DNA of 64,000 nt, from positions 16,308,001 to 16,372,000 of the forward strand of contig CM119372.1 in NCBI GenBank assembly GCA_051294905.1, given 5' to 3'. Source of the stretch: Botryllus schlosseri. Its lineage: Eukaryota. This document shows, piece after piece, positions 53,549 to 64,000 of this stretch. How positions within the stretch are numbered: position 1 is the first letter of the stretch; every line of letters begins with the position of its first letter. The notes beneath the pieces were generated by a model. That model was not told the DNA's origin, did no database searches, and saw only the letters and a program-made list of their open reading frames with translations. The position numbers were made by a program, and so were the translations under genes.

Positions 53549-54970
53549 ATGCGAAATCTCAAACGTTGCATGTTTGTAAATCTGCAGCAGTATTTGAATT
53601 TGAAAATACCTTCAACGATGGACGCTAACTTCGAATCGGAGAATCCTCTCGCTGGCGCGGAAGAGGAAAATACAGACACCGCCGATAGCGAAAAATGTGA
53701 GGGAATCTTATGTGATCAGGAGAAAGGCAAAGAGCAACCTTTCTGGTCCAGTACAAGCAGACGACAGAAGTTCACAGTACTATTTGCGGCCATCGGTACA
53801 TCCTCCATATACTTTTGCCTGGGTATACCGGTGACGTTTATTGCCAGGGTCAGTATCTCGCAAGGAGGTGACAGCATATACGCTGCTGCCATCATCAACA
53901 CGTCTTATTTTCTTGCATCGTTGGCTAGTCTGGTTTGCGGAAACGTTCAGCAGAGGATACCCACGAAAACGTTCATCTGGGCAGGGCTTTTAGGCGTGGC
54001 GCTATCTCAAGGATGCCTGATGTCGCTGGATTACCTGGATCATTATGCCTTTCTGGTGATTGGTATTTTAGTAAAAGCTGTCCAAGGAGTCGGTCAAGGT
54101 TTTTTTAGCGTTGCTCTACTTACGCTTTTATGGCAAGAGGTACCTGACCACGTTGGTAAAGCGGTCGGAATGATCGGAGTTATGACTAGTTCAGGCTTCA
54201 TCTTAGGTCCTATTGTTGGCGGCAGCCTGTATAGCATCAGAGACAAAGTAACTATTCCATTTGTTGCAAGCGCCGTCCCTGCATTGTTGCTTTCAGTTGT
54301 TGGCTGGATGTTCCTACCGGATAATATTGAGAAACGCGGCGATGCGGATTGTCGAACTTGGTATCACATTTTCAACCCGAAATCTGTCATTGTTTTGGGA
54401 CTTGTATCAGCTTGCAGCGGCGCATTCGCTGTTTACGACGCATCGTTTACTATATATGCACAAGCGATGGGCATCTCAATTGTTTTAGTAGGCTGGATTA
54501 TGTCGGTGGGTGATACATTCGTCGCGGTGGCATGTACCGCAGCGGGGTACTTCTCAGATGTGAAGCACGTCTATAGAGAAGTTGTGATATCGATCTGTTT
54601 CGTTGATTTATTTGCGATTAATTTTGCGTTTGTCTCCCGTCTGAAACTGTGGTCACTGTTTGTAGTAGTGGCGGTTTTTGGGACTTGCACCGCCACTGTG
54701 CAAACCTTTGGCTTTCTCGAGATGATTCATCAAGCGACTGGCGATAAAGAAGACCTAAAATCAAATTTCGCATTTCGCAGCAGGCTATCTGGTGTTTATT
54801 ATTTTTTCATGACCTTGTCTATGATCGTGTTCGGGTTGATCGGGACTGCTTTGCAATCATTCTTTTCGTACCATCTGTCGCAAACCATTACTATAATGAT
54901 CGCTCTTACTATAACGGGGATTATTGCCGGCATTATATTTCTTTACCGCTATAGAACGTCAGATAAGTGA
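53549..54970 (+). CDS. MFS-type transporter, SLC18B1-like (intronless paralog 2)
   Basis: Intact ORF colinear with 39874-41298 with the same motifs. Start at ATG 53534, 53549 or 53618. Confidence 0.85.
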   Translation: MRNLKRCMFVNLQQYLNLKIPSTMDANFESENPLAGAEEENTDTADSEKCEGILCDQEKGKEQPFWSSTSRRQKFTVLFAAIGTSSIYFCLGIPVTFIARVSISQGGDSIYAAAIINTSYFLASLASLVCGNVQQRIPTKTFIWAGLLGVALSQGCLMSLDYLDHYAFLVIGILVKAVQGVGQGFFSVALLTLLWQEVPDHVGKAVGMIGVMTSSGFILGPIVGGSLYSIRDKVTIPFVASAVPALLLSVVGWMFLPDNIEKRGDADCRTWYHIFNPKSVIVLGLVSACSGAFAVYDASFTIYAQAMGISIVLVGWIMSVGDTFVAVACTAAGYFSDVKHVYREVVISICFVDLFAINFAFVSRLKLWSLFVVVAVFGTCTATVQTFGFLEMIHQATGDKEDLKSNFAFRSRLSGVYYFFMTLSMIVFGLIGTALQSFFSYHLSQTITIMIALTITGIIAGIIFLYRYRTSDK

Positions 54971-55726
54971 ACTCAATTTGGAACAATTATAGGGGATATG
55001 CAATATTGCAATGTTTTTGCTGAAATATCGTCGGCTAGTTCTGCTATCAATAGGGCAAGTATCGCTAAATCGTCTAGGTAAATGAGTGAGTTGTACAATA
55101 CAGGTTATGCAACTGAGGGATTTATATAAAGGAGTTCCCAACCTGTGGACCATGGCTCATGGGTCCTGGCAGGCTATGAGCGTTTTCTTTTCATACGGGA
55201 CATGAAAACATTTATCATCTTGAAGGAAATTTAATTTACTTGAATCAAAATACTGGTGCAGTAATAATAGGGTTGCCATATTATGGGATCCGGAATGAAT
55301 GACACTTTTTCCAAATCACAAAAGTTTGATTACCGGACTGCTGTTTCAAAATATTTTACGGGAAATACAGTTGTGTTTTAAGAAAGGTCATTTTTCCAGT
55401 CCTATACTCCCCTACATCCACGTTGAAAAGCGAGTGGCTCAGTGTGCTAAGCGACACCGTCACGGCACCAATGGTAGCTGGTTGGAGTCTCGGTTCTGCT
55501 AAATTTCTACGTGTCGGGGGTTTATCTGGGCTCCTCATCGCCGATCCCGCTGTTAACACGACTACTTGAAAAGACCATAAGTGAGTGAAGCTCCAAAGTC
55601 GGCAACAGAGTCCCGAAAGAGGACGCAGAAAATCGAGACTGAAGGAAAGTGCGCGAGCATTAAAAGTCGTCCTCGAGATCAAAAGCAAAGATACTGAACT
55701 TTACCAAATGCATTGTGACGCACAAG

Positions 55727-56980
55727 CAGGGCTTTGGAGCCGGAGCAAGGAGCCGGAGCCCCGGAGCCGTGCATTTTCACCGGAGCTGGAGCCGGAGCCG
55801 GAGCTCTACATAAAATTCAGCCGGAGCTGGAGCCCGTTATTTGAGACATAGCTCCGGCTCCGACGTATTTCATAAGATGCTATTATATATGCAACAACCA
55901 TATCTGATGATTTCACATAATTTAACAGCAGGCCTGAATTTCAATGTTGTGCACAGCAATGGCATGGAGTAAAGTGCGTTCTAGTGCAACTATGATGTTA
56001 TCGACAATTGACAAGTATTCATTATGACGTCACAGGCCGGCACGGCGGCACCTATGTCTTCGTTGCTGCATCCCATGATACTGACGGCTGACAGACTCTA
56101 GATTACTATAGATGACTAACCTATGGGTAGATTAGTAATATATATAGACCAGGGATGGCCAAGCTTTTCGACTAAAGGGGCACATGCAATTGACGAACGA
56201 GTGCGCGGTCCACTAGCCGCGCCAAGCGGGTAAGATTTTCAAAGTTTATAAATGAACTAGGTCAACAATTTTATTACTTGAGTATATTGCGGGTCTACTG
56301 TTTACCTTCCGCTGGGCTCAGTTTGCAAGAACACGACTATTCCGCGTCTGGCCACGTCGATATCGAATGTTTCCGGTAATATGCTACAATCATTTTGTGC
56401 TTACATTTCATCGTCGACGATCTTTTTGCGAGCGCAAACGCGAAAAGACTTTCTCCCGTAATTGCGAATACAGTTAGACTCAATCGAGTAAATTAGGCGT
56501 TTCTTTTTCATTTTCAGGAGGAGTTAGGCTACCGAACAAGAAATCGTGTGACAATTAAACACGCGAAGCGTGAAGAAAATTTTCTCTACTATTTTAGTTA
56601 ATTGTAATGTACGACGATTTACTAAAAATGTGACTGAACCTTGGATCTGCCAATGGGTCGGAAGTGATATTTTAGTCATTAACATCCCAAGTGTCGCAGC
56701 CAGACTTGTAATTTTTGGTTGGCCTTGCAAGTTCACAATCTGAGCAATTCATTTTCGATAATATAACAGGATTTCGATAATATAATAGGAAATCACCTCG
56801 CGGGCCACTCAAAACCGTCGCGGGCCGCGGGTTGGCCACCTCTGATATAGACAGGCCCATTCGACAATTTTCAGAGCCGGAGCAGTGGTAATAATGCGGC
56901 TCCGGAGCTGGAGCTAATGTATGATAGAAGAAAGCGCCGGAGCTGGAGCAGTTAAAATTTACGGCTGCTCCAAAGCCCTG
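55727..56980. mobile_element. hAT element with GGAGCC subterminal repeats and a nested insertion
   Basis: TIR CAGGGCTTTGGAGC / GCTCCAAAGCCCTG. Perfect TSD CGCACAAG. Confidence 0.9.
56150..56844 (-). mobile_element. hAT MITE family C (reverse orientation), nested
   Basis: Ends CAGGGATGGCCAA / TTGGCCACCTCTG. Perfect TSD ATATAGAC. Confidence 0.9.
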
Positions 56981-57637
56981 CGCACAAGGCCTGAACAGGA
57001 GATAAGCGCCACTGCCGTTCTGCAATGTTAATAATAACATCAATATTTCACATTTTGCGTCGTTTATGGCGTTTTCTGGTTGTGCGTGTCCATTAGCCTG
57101 ACTGTCAAAACTGTAAAGGAGTGAGAATTCAAAGAAAGAAGGACAGTTAGGCGTCCTCGGAGTCATGGCGCATGACTCTAACCAAGTCATATGACTCGAT
57201 ACTCAGACGGCCCAGACCAACATTTCATTGTAATTTCGAAGAACAGTAGCGTAACTACCCTATTGGTAACTCGTCTATTGGTACTAGTACTTGAAAATGC
57301 GACCAAAAACTGCTAAAAGTGAGAAAAATTAGTATCTTATAATGCGAACCATTTGATATCACCAAACAGTGTTATAAAAGTGGGCTTAACAAGACTTTAA
57401 CTTGAAACTGAACACAGTGAACAGTCAACACAATGACTTGGACTCGGACTAGAGTCATAATACCATTACTCGAACTCGAACCTTTGCTCGATGACTTGGA
57501 ATCGGACTTGACTCGGTGGTAAATTGAAAATGACTCGACTTTGCTCGAGTCAAAACTAGGAAAGTGAGATTTACCTGTGACTACGAGCCTTGTGACTTGG
57601 TTACAACCCTGGCAGAATCTCCGCCATCGGTATCAAT

Positions 57638-58655
57638 TAGGGATGGTGTGAACGTGAGGTTCACGTTCGCGTTCTGTGTGTGAACCTCGGAAATTTTGAG
57701 GTTCGCGTTCACAACAGAACCTTGGTGGGTTCTGCACTGTGAACCTTTTTCACATATTGCAATTTTCACTTCAATATAACATCTTTGGTGCACATTTATT
57801 GCATTTCAACTTCGGGCCACTCTGTGCATGGCACCGGCAGCATAAGCAATCAACACTACACGAGCATATGCACCTTGACAATCTCAAAAATTTGACTTGC
57901 ATTGTTACAAAAGTTTGCTCGAAATATCCAGCATTCCGTCTGTGAATATTTAGTGACTCTTTGCTGTGAGCTTGACCTGCAATCACATAACATCAAGAGT
58001 GAAATGTACACTACATGTAGTCAGCGAATGATGCTTATTAAACCAATCAATGAGATTGATATCGTTTGCTGATGTGAAAATCTAGCAGGCGTACGGGGTC
58101 AATCTTGATTTCATAGGTAAACTGTATCATAAAAACCAAATCCCAAATCCGTGCGAATGGGGTGTTCCCTACTGTTGTATAACTTGATAGTGTGGTATTA
58201 TCGGTAGCAAGTATAGAAACCCGTTTTACACTCTGCTCAATATCCATGTAGCAATACTCAGACGCCGAATACATTGTTCGGTCTGGCCGAGACCGCTAAG
58301 GCGTAAGCTTATATTCCCTGGCAAGTCCTCGTCGAAATTGTTGGCAAAGCGACGGAAGATATCGATTTTATGGGATTATGATATCATATGATCTCCCCAA
58401 TTGATACATTTGGAGACGTACGTCAATATGTACTTCAGCACTGTGCCATTATGTAGCCCGAGTCGTCGCTAGGTATCGTGTACAGTACATATATTGTACA
58501 ATACATTAATGCAGACAATTACTTAATTGAAATAAACGGTTGAAATTAGCAATATGACGTCAAGTGACGTCATGAGGTTCACGTTCACGCAGAACCTTTC
58601 GAAAAGGTTCGCGTTCACACGAACCTGAACCTTTCATAGGTTCACACCATCCCTA
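57638..58655 (+). mobile_element. Family B hAT-type MITE, complete
   Basis: TIR TAGGGATGGTGTGAAC / GTTCACACCATCCCTA. Perfect TSD GTATCAAT. Confidence 0.92.
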
Positions 58656-60278
58656 GTATCAATAATTGGCTCTCTCGAATTTGATTACCGCATAAGCGCG
58701 CTTAGTGTCGACTTAGTTATTCCAAACCATTTTGCGGCCTGTTTCGCAAGGGCGCATTGTTTGAACTCACTTAAACTCTCGTAATTCGAGACGCGACACG
58801 ACTCTTCGCAATCAACAAGCTCGTACGTAATTTCGCGATACCAGTAATAATCAATGAAATGGACGACTGTGCCACCATAGGGCTACCATATGTTGTGAAT
58901 CTGAAAAGAGGACACTTTTTCAAAATTTTCAGACTATCAATACCGGAGTAAAAACCGGAAAATTGGTGAATTTGTTCCGAGTTTGTAGGTTGTTTTTCAG
59001 AAATGAGTTGACGACAGCATCAGGTTAATTGGTATTCTTTTAATATTCATTGGTGTTTAATTTTCCGTCTCCGCAACCCCATACCATCGTTGTATCATTA
59101 GTACACGAGAAAAAACTCGAGCAAGTAAAGAGTTGTGTTATGTGTTCACTAATTTCGCCTAGCAAAATGAATGCAGAATTTCTATATTATTATTGGCTTA
59201 CGGAGAATATATCACTACATGTAGTTATGAACACTGTTGGCCGTGTTGGGGCATAAAAAATGTTTGCCTCGGCTAGGCATAAGCGAAAACACAGAAAATA
59301 TCGCGATAGTCGCTGCAATTTCACAGTTTCATTTCTTCGGGTCTTATATTGTTGTAGCACACAATTATCGGTGCGGAAATGTCCAAGTTGCTCTATTGGA
59401 CGATGCTCCCCGGGTATTGGAAAAAACCAATTCGGGGATACTTTTACATACGTACATAACTACCTATTCTAAGTGGATTGCTGGTAATGAGCAGTATGCA
59501 ATATGAAGCAATTTCAAAACTAGGCTCTGCGATCGCCACACACATTCATATTGTCATTAAGTAGTCTCGAAGTGTCTTTGACTCGAAATCTTAAGTACCT
59601 TTTCACCTCACTTTGCATATAATGTCGACATGATCGTTTCACTACGTGTATGTGTAATAATGTATTTTGTTCGTGACATTAGCAGGAAATAATTGAGGAA
59701 AACAATTTTATGACAAACTGACAGGTCATCATCATAACTCGATAGTTCCCCGATGTTTTGCGGTGTAGGTAATCATACTCCCAGAAACGACCAATTTGAA
59801 ATTGTGCATGTTTACATTGTAATATCGACTCCGTTTGAGAATAGATTCCCCTTAAAGCCACGGAACCCCTTTGGAAGCAATTAGAAGGGTAAGTAACTGA
59901 TCATGGTATTTCGCAAAGAAAGCATACAATGCAATCGAGTGGTCGTCCCAGATCGAGATTTTAATAATACAAGCTACACCGCAATATACATCCCGTCAGC
60001 TTTAACAGTGTCTTCCAAAATCTTAGGACAAGAATGCAGAAATCGGTAGCTCAGGAATAGTAAAAAGATAATATCGGTCTGAATGCCTATTGATGTCGAA
60101 ACATCATGAATACCAAAATTACAGTAACAACCATGAAACAATAACACTTGACATTTGAGCAAAAGTGATACACCAAAGAAACCATGAAATCATAAATCAA
60201 TTCAACCGAATCGTTTCAACTATCCCTTGACTCGGATTCGATTTCTGGAATTGTTCGGTGCCAACGTGCACTGTAGAT

Positions 60279-61950
60279 CGGTGATTCTCAACCTTTTACA
60301 CCTAGCGGACCGGTAAAATTTCAAAAAATATTTGGCGGACCGCAGGACCTTCAAAAATTCCAATCCACCCAAAATTCAATGTATACAACCGTTTCCGTTT
60401 ATTTGCAAGTATGGTGCTAGAGATACCTGACCAAAGTGCGGCCCGTAGAGCTATTCTGATCGGCCAGTGAAAAGCTGCTTGGAATTCAAAACATAAAACC
60501 TACTTTTTAATGTTGCTGCGTGGACTAAAACCATAAGCTGTTTACATTGAGCCGACAATTCGTTTACTCTCAAGCCAGTTCATTAATATGCCACGATTAC
60601 GCAGCCTACGTACTTCGCGTGCGCAATCCAGATTCAAAATAATGTCAATGTAGCAAATTATGCCGCAACAATTAATGTCACAAGAAGTCACCAAACCTCC
60701 CTTGCTGCTATTTTCACATCGCGCATTACACGGTAGGTGCTTCAAATTGTCACGTGATACGTTTTCAAATCCCTAATTTCTAAAACAAGTCAATCAGTGG
60801 CGTAATTACTTTAATGTATCATCACCCATAAACGATAAACGGGCATGTCAAAAAAAGAAAGCCAAAAGTTGAAATATAAAGAAGGTTTGAAGAACTAAAC
60901 ATTTGTTTACCGGTGTCAGGGCTAAACCCGTCTTTTTAGTAGTTAGTGCCGAGCAGCTAACAACCTTTCTAGTATCCCACATACATTTTATTGCCTTATA
61001 AAAAACGCGGATAGGGATTTAAAGAGAGTTCAAAATGTATCATGTCTAACATTGTTTCGAAATATGACGGCAAACAAATTATATTTCTAGTAATTACCAG
61101 TCATTTTCTCATTCCCTCATTTCGACAGATCCACCGAGGAGCATTTATTCAGTGGAATTCACTGCTTCCAATTTCGAAATAAAATTCATACGCTTGAGAA
61201 TACAGCCAAAACTTTTGACTCGGACCGCCAACGTATTTTCTGCTTGTCATTTGGCCTGCGGAGAAAAATAATTGATCACCCCTGTCCTACTGAGTGTCAT
61301 TTGGAAGGTTTCGTTCGTAATCAAATATGTTCATTATGGGCTTCCTTCATGTAAGTTTATGCTATCGAGTCTGCTTAGACTAAATAAAATTGCCTTGCCC
61401 AGATAAACGTGATACCGCCGAGATTCGATAACAGCGTTTCGTGCCGAAAGCCGTGCATAAGACCACGCCAATTCGAATAATATTATTCTCTTCGACAATA
61501 TCGAGAGAAGATGCGTTTCGGAGTCTGACCAAGCACATTGTTTTGCTACCTTGCTCATTTCGCACAACCACCAGACGTACTACGAATAAAATGAGCCGCA
61601 CAAAATCACCTACAATAGCGAGACCAGGTCATCCCCAAAATGAACGAATCGAAAACGAGTCATCGTACAAACTGCGTGGTTTAGCAAGTCAGCTCGTAGT
61701 TGTCGCTCGCCTGTTGTCATCGGAGACTGCTTGAACTGAAGTCGAATCGATCATGTTTCCATGCCTAATGTTACCTCTCGAAGTTCTGAATCACTTCAAA
61801 ATTTGATGTTTTATCAATTTTACCAATCCATAAGCCTTCCAAATCTTGCATCTTGAAATTAAGGTATACAATTTGAATATACTCTGCGGGCCGGCAGAGA
61901 AGTAGTATCGGACCGGCACCGGTCCGCGCACCGGCGGTTGAGAACCACTG
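60279..61950. mobile_element. Composite hAT (Buster-like) element with internal remnants
   Basis: Ends CGGTGATTCTCAACC / GGTTGAGAACCACTG. Perfect TSD CTGTAGAT. Internal hAT end at 61284. Confidence 0.75.
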
Positions 61951-62214
61951 CTGTAGATAACGACACCATGCCAAATGATTTTGAAGTCATTTGTGCAACA
62001 TTTCCGGCGACATGTACAGTTGACAAGCATATCAAAGTAAGTACCTAATGAACATGAGACTACCACTCATTCGCTTCATCGCGATCACGCTGCTATAGAT
62101 CTTCCGGGAAATTACAGATGTGTGCCACCGATAATGGCCTTCATCATCCCATTATGTGGCATACATAAATATTAATATGGATGTGCAAAACTGAGACTGA
62201 TTTAAATATCTGTG

Positions 62215-62312
62215 ACGTGACGTCGTGATATTCACGTTTGCTTTCACTCAGAACCTTTGAAAAAGGTTCGCGTTCACACGAACCTGAACCTTTCAGAGGT
62301 TCACACCATCCC
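62215..62312 (+). mobile_element. Right-end fragment of family B MITE
   Basis: GAACCTTTGAAAAAGGTTCGCGTTCACACGAACCTGAACCTTTCAGAGGTTCACACCATCCCT closely matches 21567-21628. Confidence 0.85.
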
Positions 62313-62792
62313 TTGAAAAAGTAATATTTGATCTGAATGCGATGGACCTCTTCTAATCCATGAACAATATTCATACCAATAGTACTTGACAGGGTAAATT
62401 GAGCTTTGGGGTACATTATCGGTTGGAGTAACCCGTTGATGAAACGCGACAGTCTATTTGTTGGCACCCTTAAAATAGCGTGGCTCCGTTGAAAGTGGCA
62501 CGCTCGCTTGTGCGTCGCAAGTACTTGTCCCGTTGGGTCCCTGATAATGGGATTTCCGGTGGCATCGTCAACATTCGCTATCGGTTTGCTGAGTATGAGG
62601 AATGTCAGGTTGCACATCATGCGAAACAGTTTTGGATAGGGCGGAAGCTTATGGGGGGAAAACATGCGCATTTGTTCGCAAAGCCAAGGGGATATCTGAG
62701 CAATGAAATAGTCAGCTCTGGATCTGTTATACGCAATCCATATCTTGGTAGCGGCAATGCCACGTTCTCTCAACATACGGTTGTTCTCGTGC
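62313..62792 (-). CDS. Candidate coding exon of an unidentified gene
   Basis: About 160 stop-free codons in non-repetitive, somewhat GC-richer DNA, preceded on the minus strand by the acceptor-like CTTTTCAG. No family confidently recognised. Confidence 0.4.
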
Positions 62793-63022
62793 CTGAAAAG
62801 CTGTATTAGAGCAATTGCATGTTGGACGTATTTCATCGTTGGTGTGAAACTCACGTTCATCCGATGTGGAAATATTTCCAAATTTATATTAACTCTGTAA
62901 AACATATAATATACACACGATCAGTCGTCGACCACGCCTAAGCTTCCGTGCAATGTTTTTTTTTTCCTGTTACATCCACGTTTCAATCTCTTAAGGTTGC
63001 CACATTACCACACACCATATTC

Positions 63023-64000
63023 CAGAGGTGGTCAGTAACGAAGTACTTCTACTTTTTCGAAGTACTCAAGTAGTTTTCCTCTACTTCTGGTACTTACTCA
63101 AGTAGATGTGATTTTCGCTACTTCTACTTCTACTTCGTAATATTTTGTGATCTACTTACTTACTTTTCGCTGTTTTCAGTTTGTCAAGTAGAAGTAGTTT
63201 AATCCTCCAATCAGGAAGATATCCTGAGGAATTTCGGGGCTGTTTTCAAGAAGTATCAACATTTAATTTTCATAAAAGTTGAGTGAAGCCCAGAATGTTC
63301 GTCGCGCTTCACGCTCAGTGGATACGGAGTAACCATCAGTATGATTTCACGAAAATATCGGTGAATATAATTTAGGTAGCAGGTTGGCGTGGTTCCGTTC
63401 ACACCGCATTGTCGCCCTTCGCCCATATGAAATATTTCATCACAATATGGCTCATCATAACGTTTGAAACTGATGTTTCACAATCTAGCATTTACTTATC
63501 ATATCGTAATCTAGCAGTCCATGACGTGACCTAATCTGTAATAGTGGACTCCGACTTGTTTTTTAGATTTAGAGCTGTTTTAGCATACCATCTTTGAAAC
63601 TTTCTGGACTAAAGACATGAAATGCATTTTCCGCTTTTAGAAGTAGTAGTTATATTTCACTTTCAATTACCAGTATCATATACTTTGAGTTCTAATTAAC
63701 ATCAGTTCTTTTGTCTGGATAACATACATGTTGATTGTTGAAGTATAAAAGCAAGTGTAGTAATGCCTTTAATTTCCGGAAATAAAGCTATAGAATATGG
63801 CATTTTTACCATCAGCCATATTTTTTTTCACGTTTACTAATCGCGTCAAGTGTTTACAACTTCTCCGTATTGCTCTTCGATTAAACTACGGGCCCTATAA
63901 TATGGGGGAGTGTACCATACCATGATATTTTCTAAAACGTGCTCTTCGATTAAACAGAGGATTAGTATCGCATTTCCATATCAATACTATCATTTTCATT
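63023..64000 (+). mobile_element. hAT element family F, running off the window end
   Basis: Starts CAGAGGTGGTCAGTAACGAAGTACTTCTA and is colinear with 34223-35190. Confidence 0.9.

Noticed and set aside
55585..57190. ORFs with PEPEP/APAP repeats
   Set aside because: Translations of GGAGCC subterminal repeats of a hAT MITE.

Overview
This is animal (eukaryotic) genomic DNA, moderately AT-rich and gene-poor, and much of it is transposable elements. An invertebrate source is likely, but the organism cannot be determined from the sequence. The only clear host genes are two intronless, intact, head-to-head paralogous MFS transporters (SLC18B1-like) at about 39.9-41.3 kb (-) and 53.5-55.0 kb (+). 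Between them lie a full-length but mutated I-group (Nimb/Loa/I-like) LINE (45654-52219) whose ORF1 is interrupted by a TA-targeting MITE, a P/Galileo-like foldback element, hAT MITEs, and a degenerate 28S rRNA fragment enclosed by hAT MITE ends. At 6.6-9.2 kb a 5'-truncated CR1/L2-group LINE is inserted inside an RTE-type LINE. The rest is a mosaic of often nested non-autonomous hAT, pogo-like and other DNA elements, many with perfect 8-bp TSDs, plus tRNA-derived SINEs. The most unusual small feature is a TSD-flanked 148-bp insertion at 27.3-27.5 kb: a perfect 57-bp-arm hairpin carrying a complete minimal hammerhead-ribozyme core, probably a Penelope-like remnant. I found no CRISPR, no prokaryotic operon and no demonstrably new gene system. 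Most short ORFs in the track are spurious. All alignments were made by eye.
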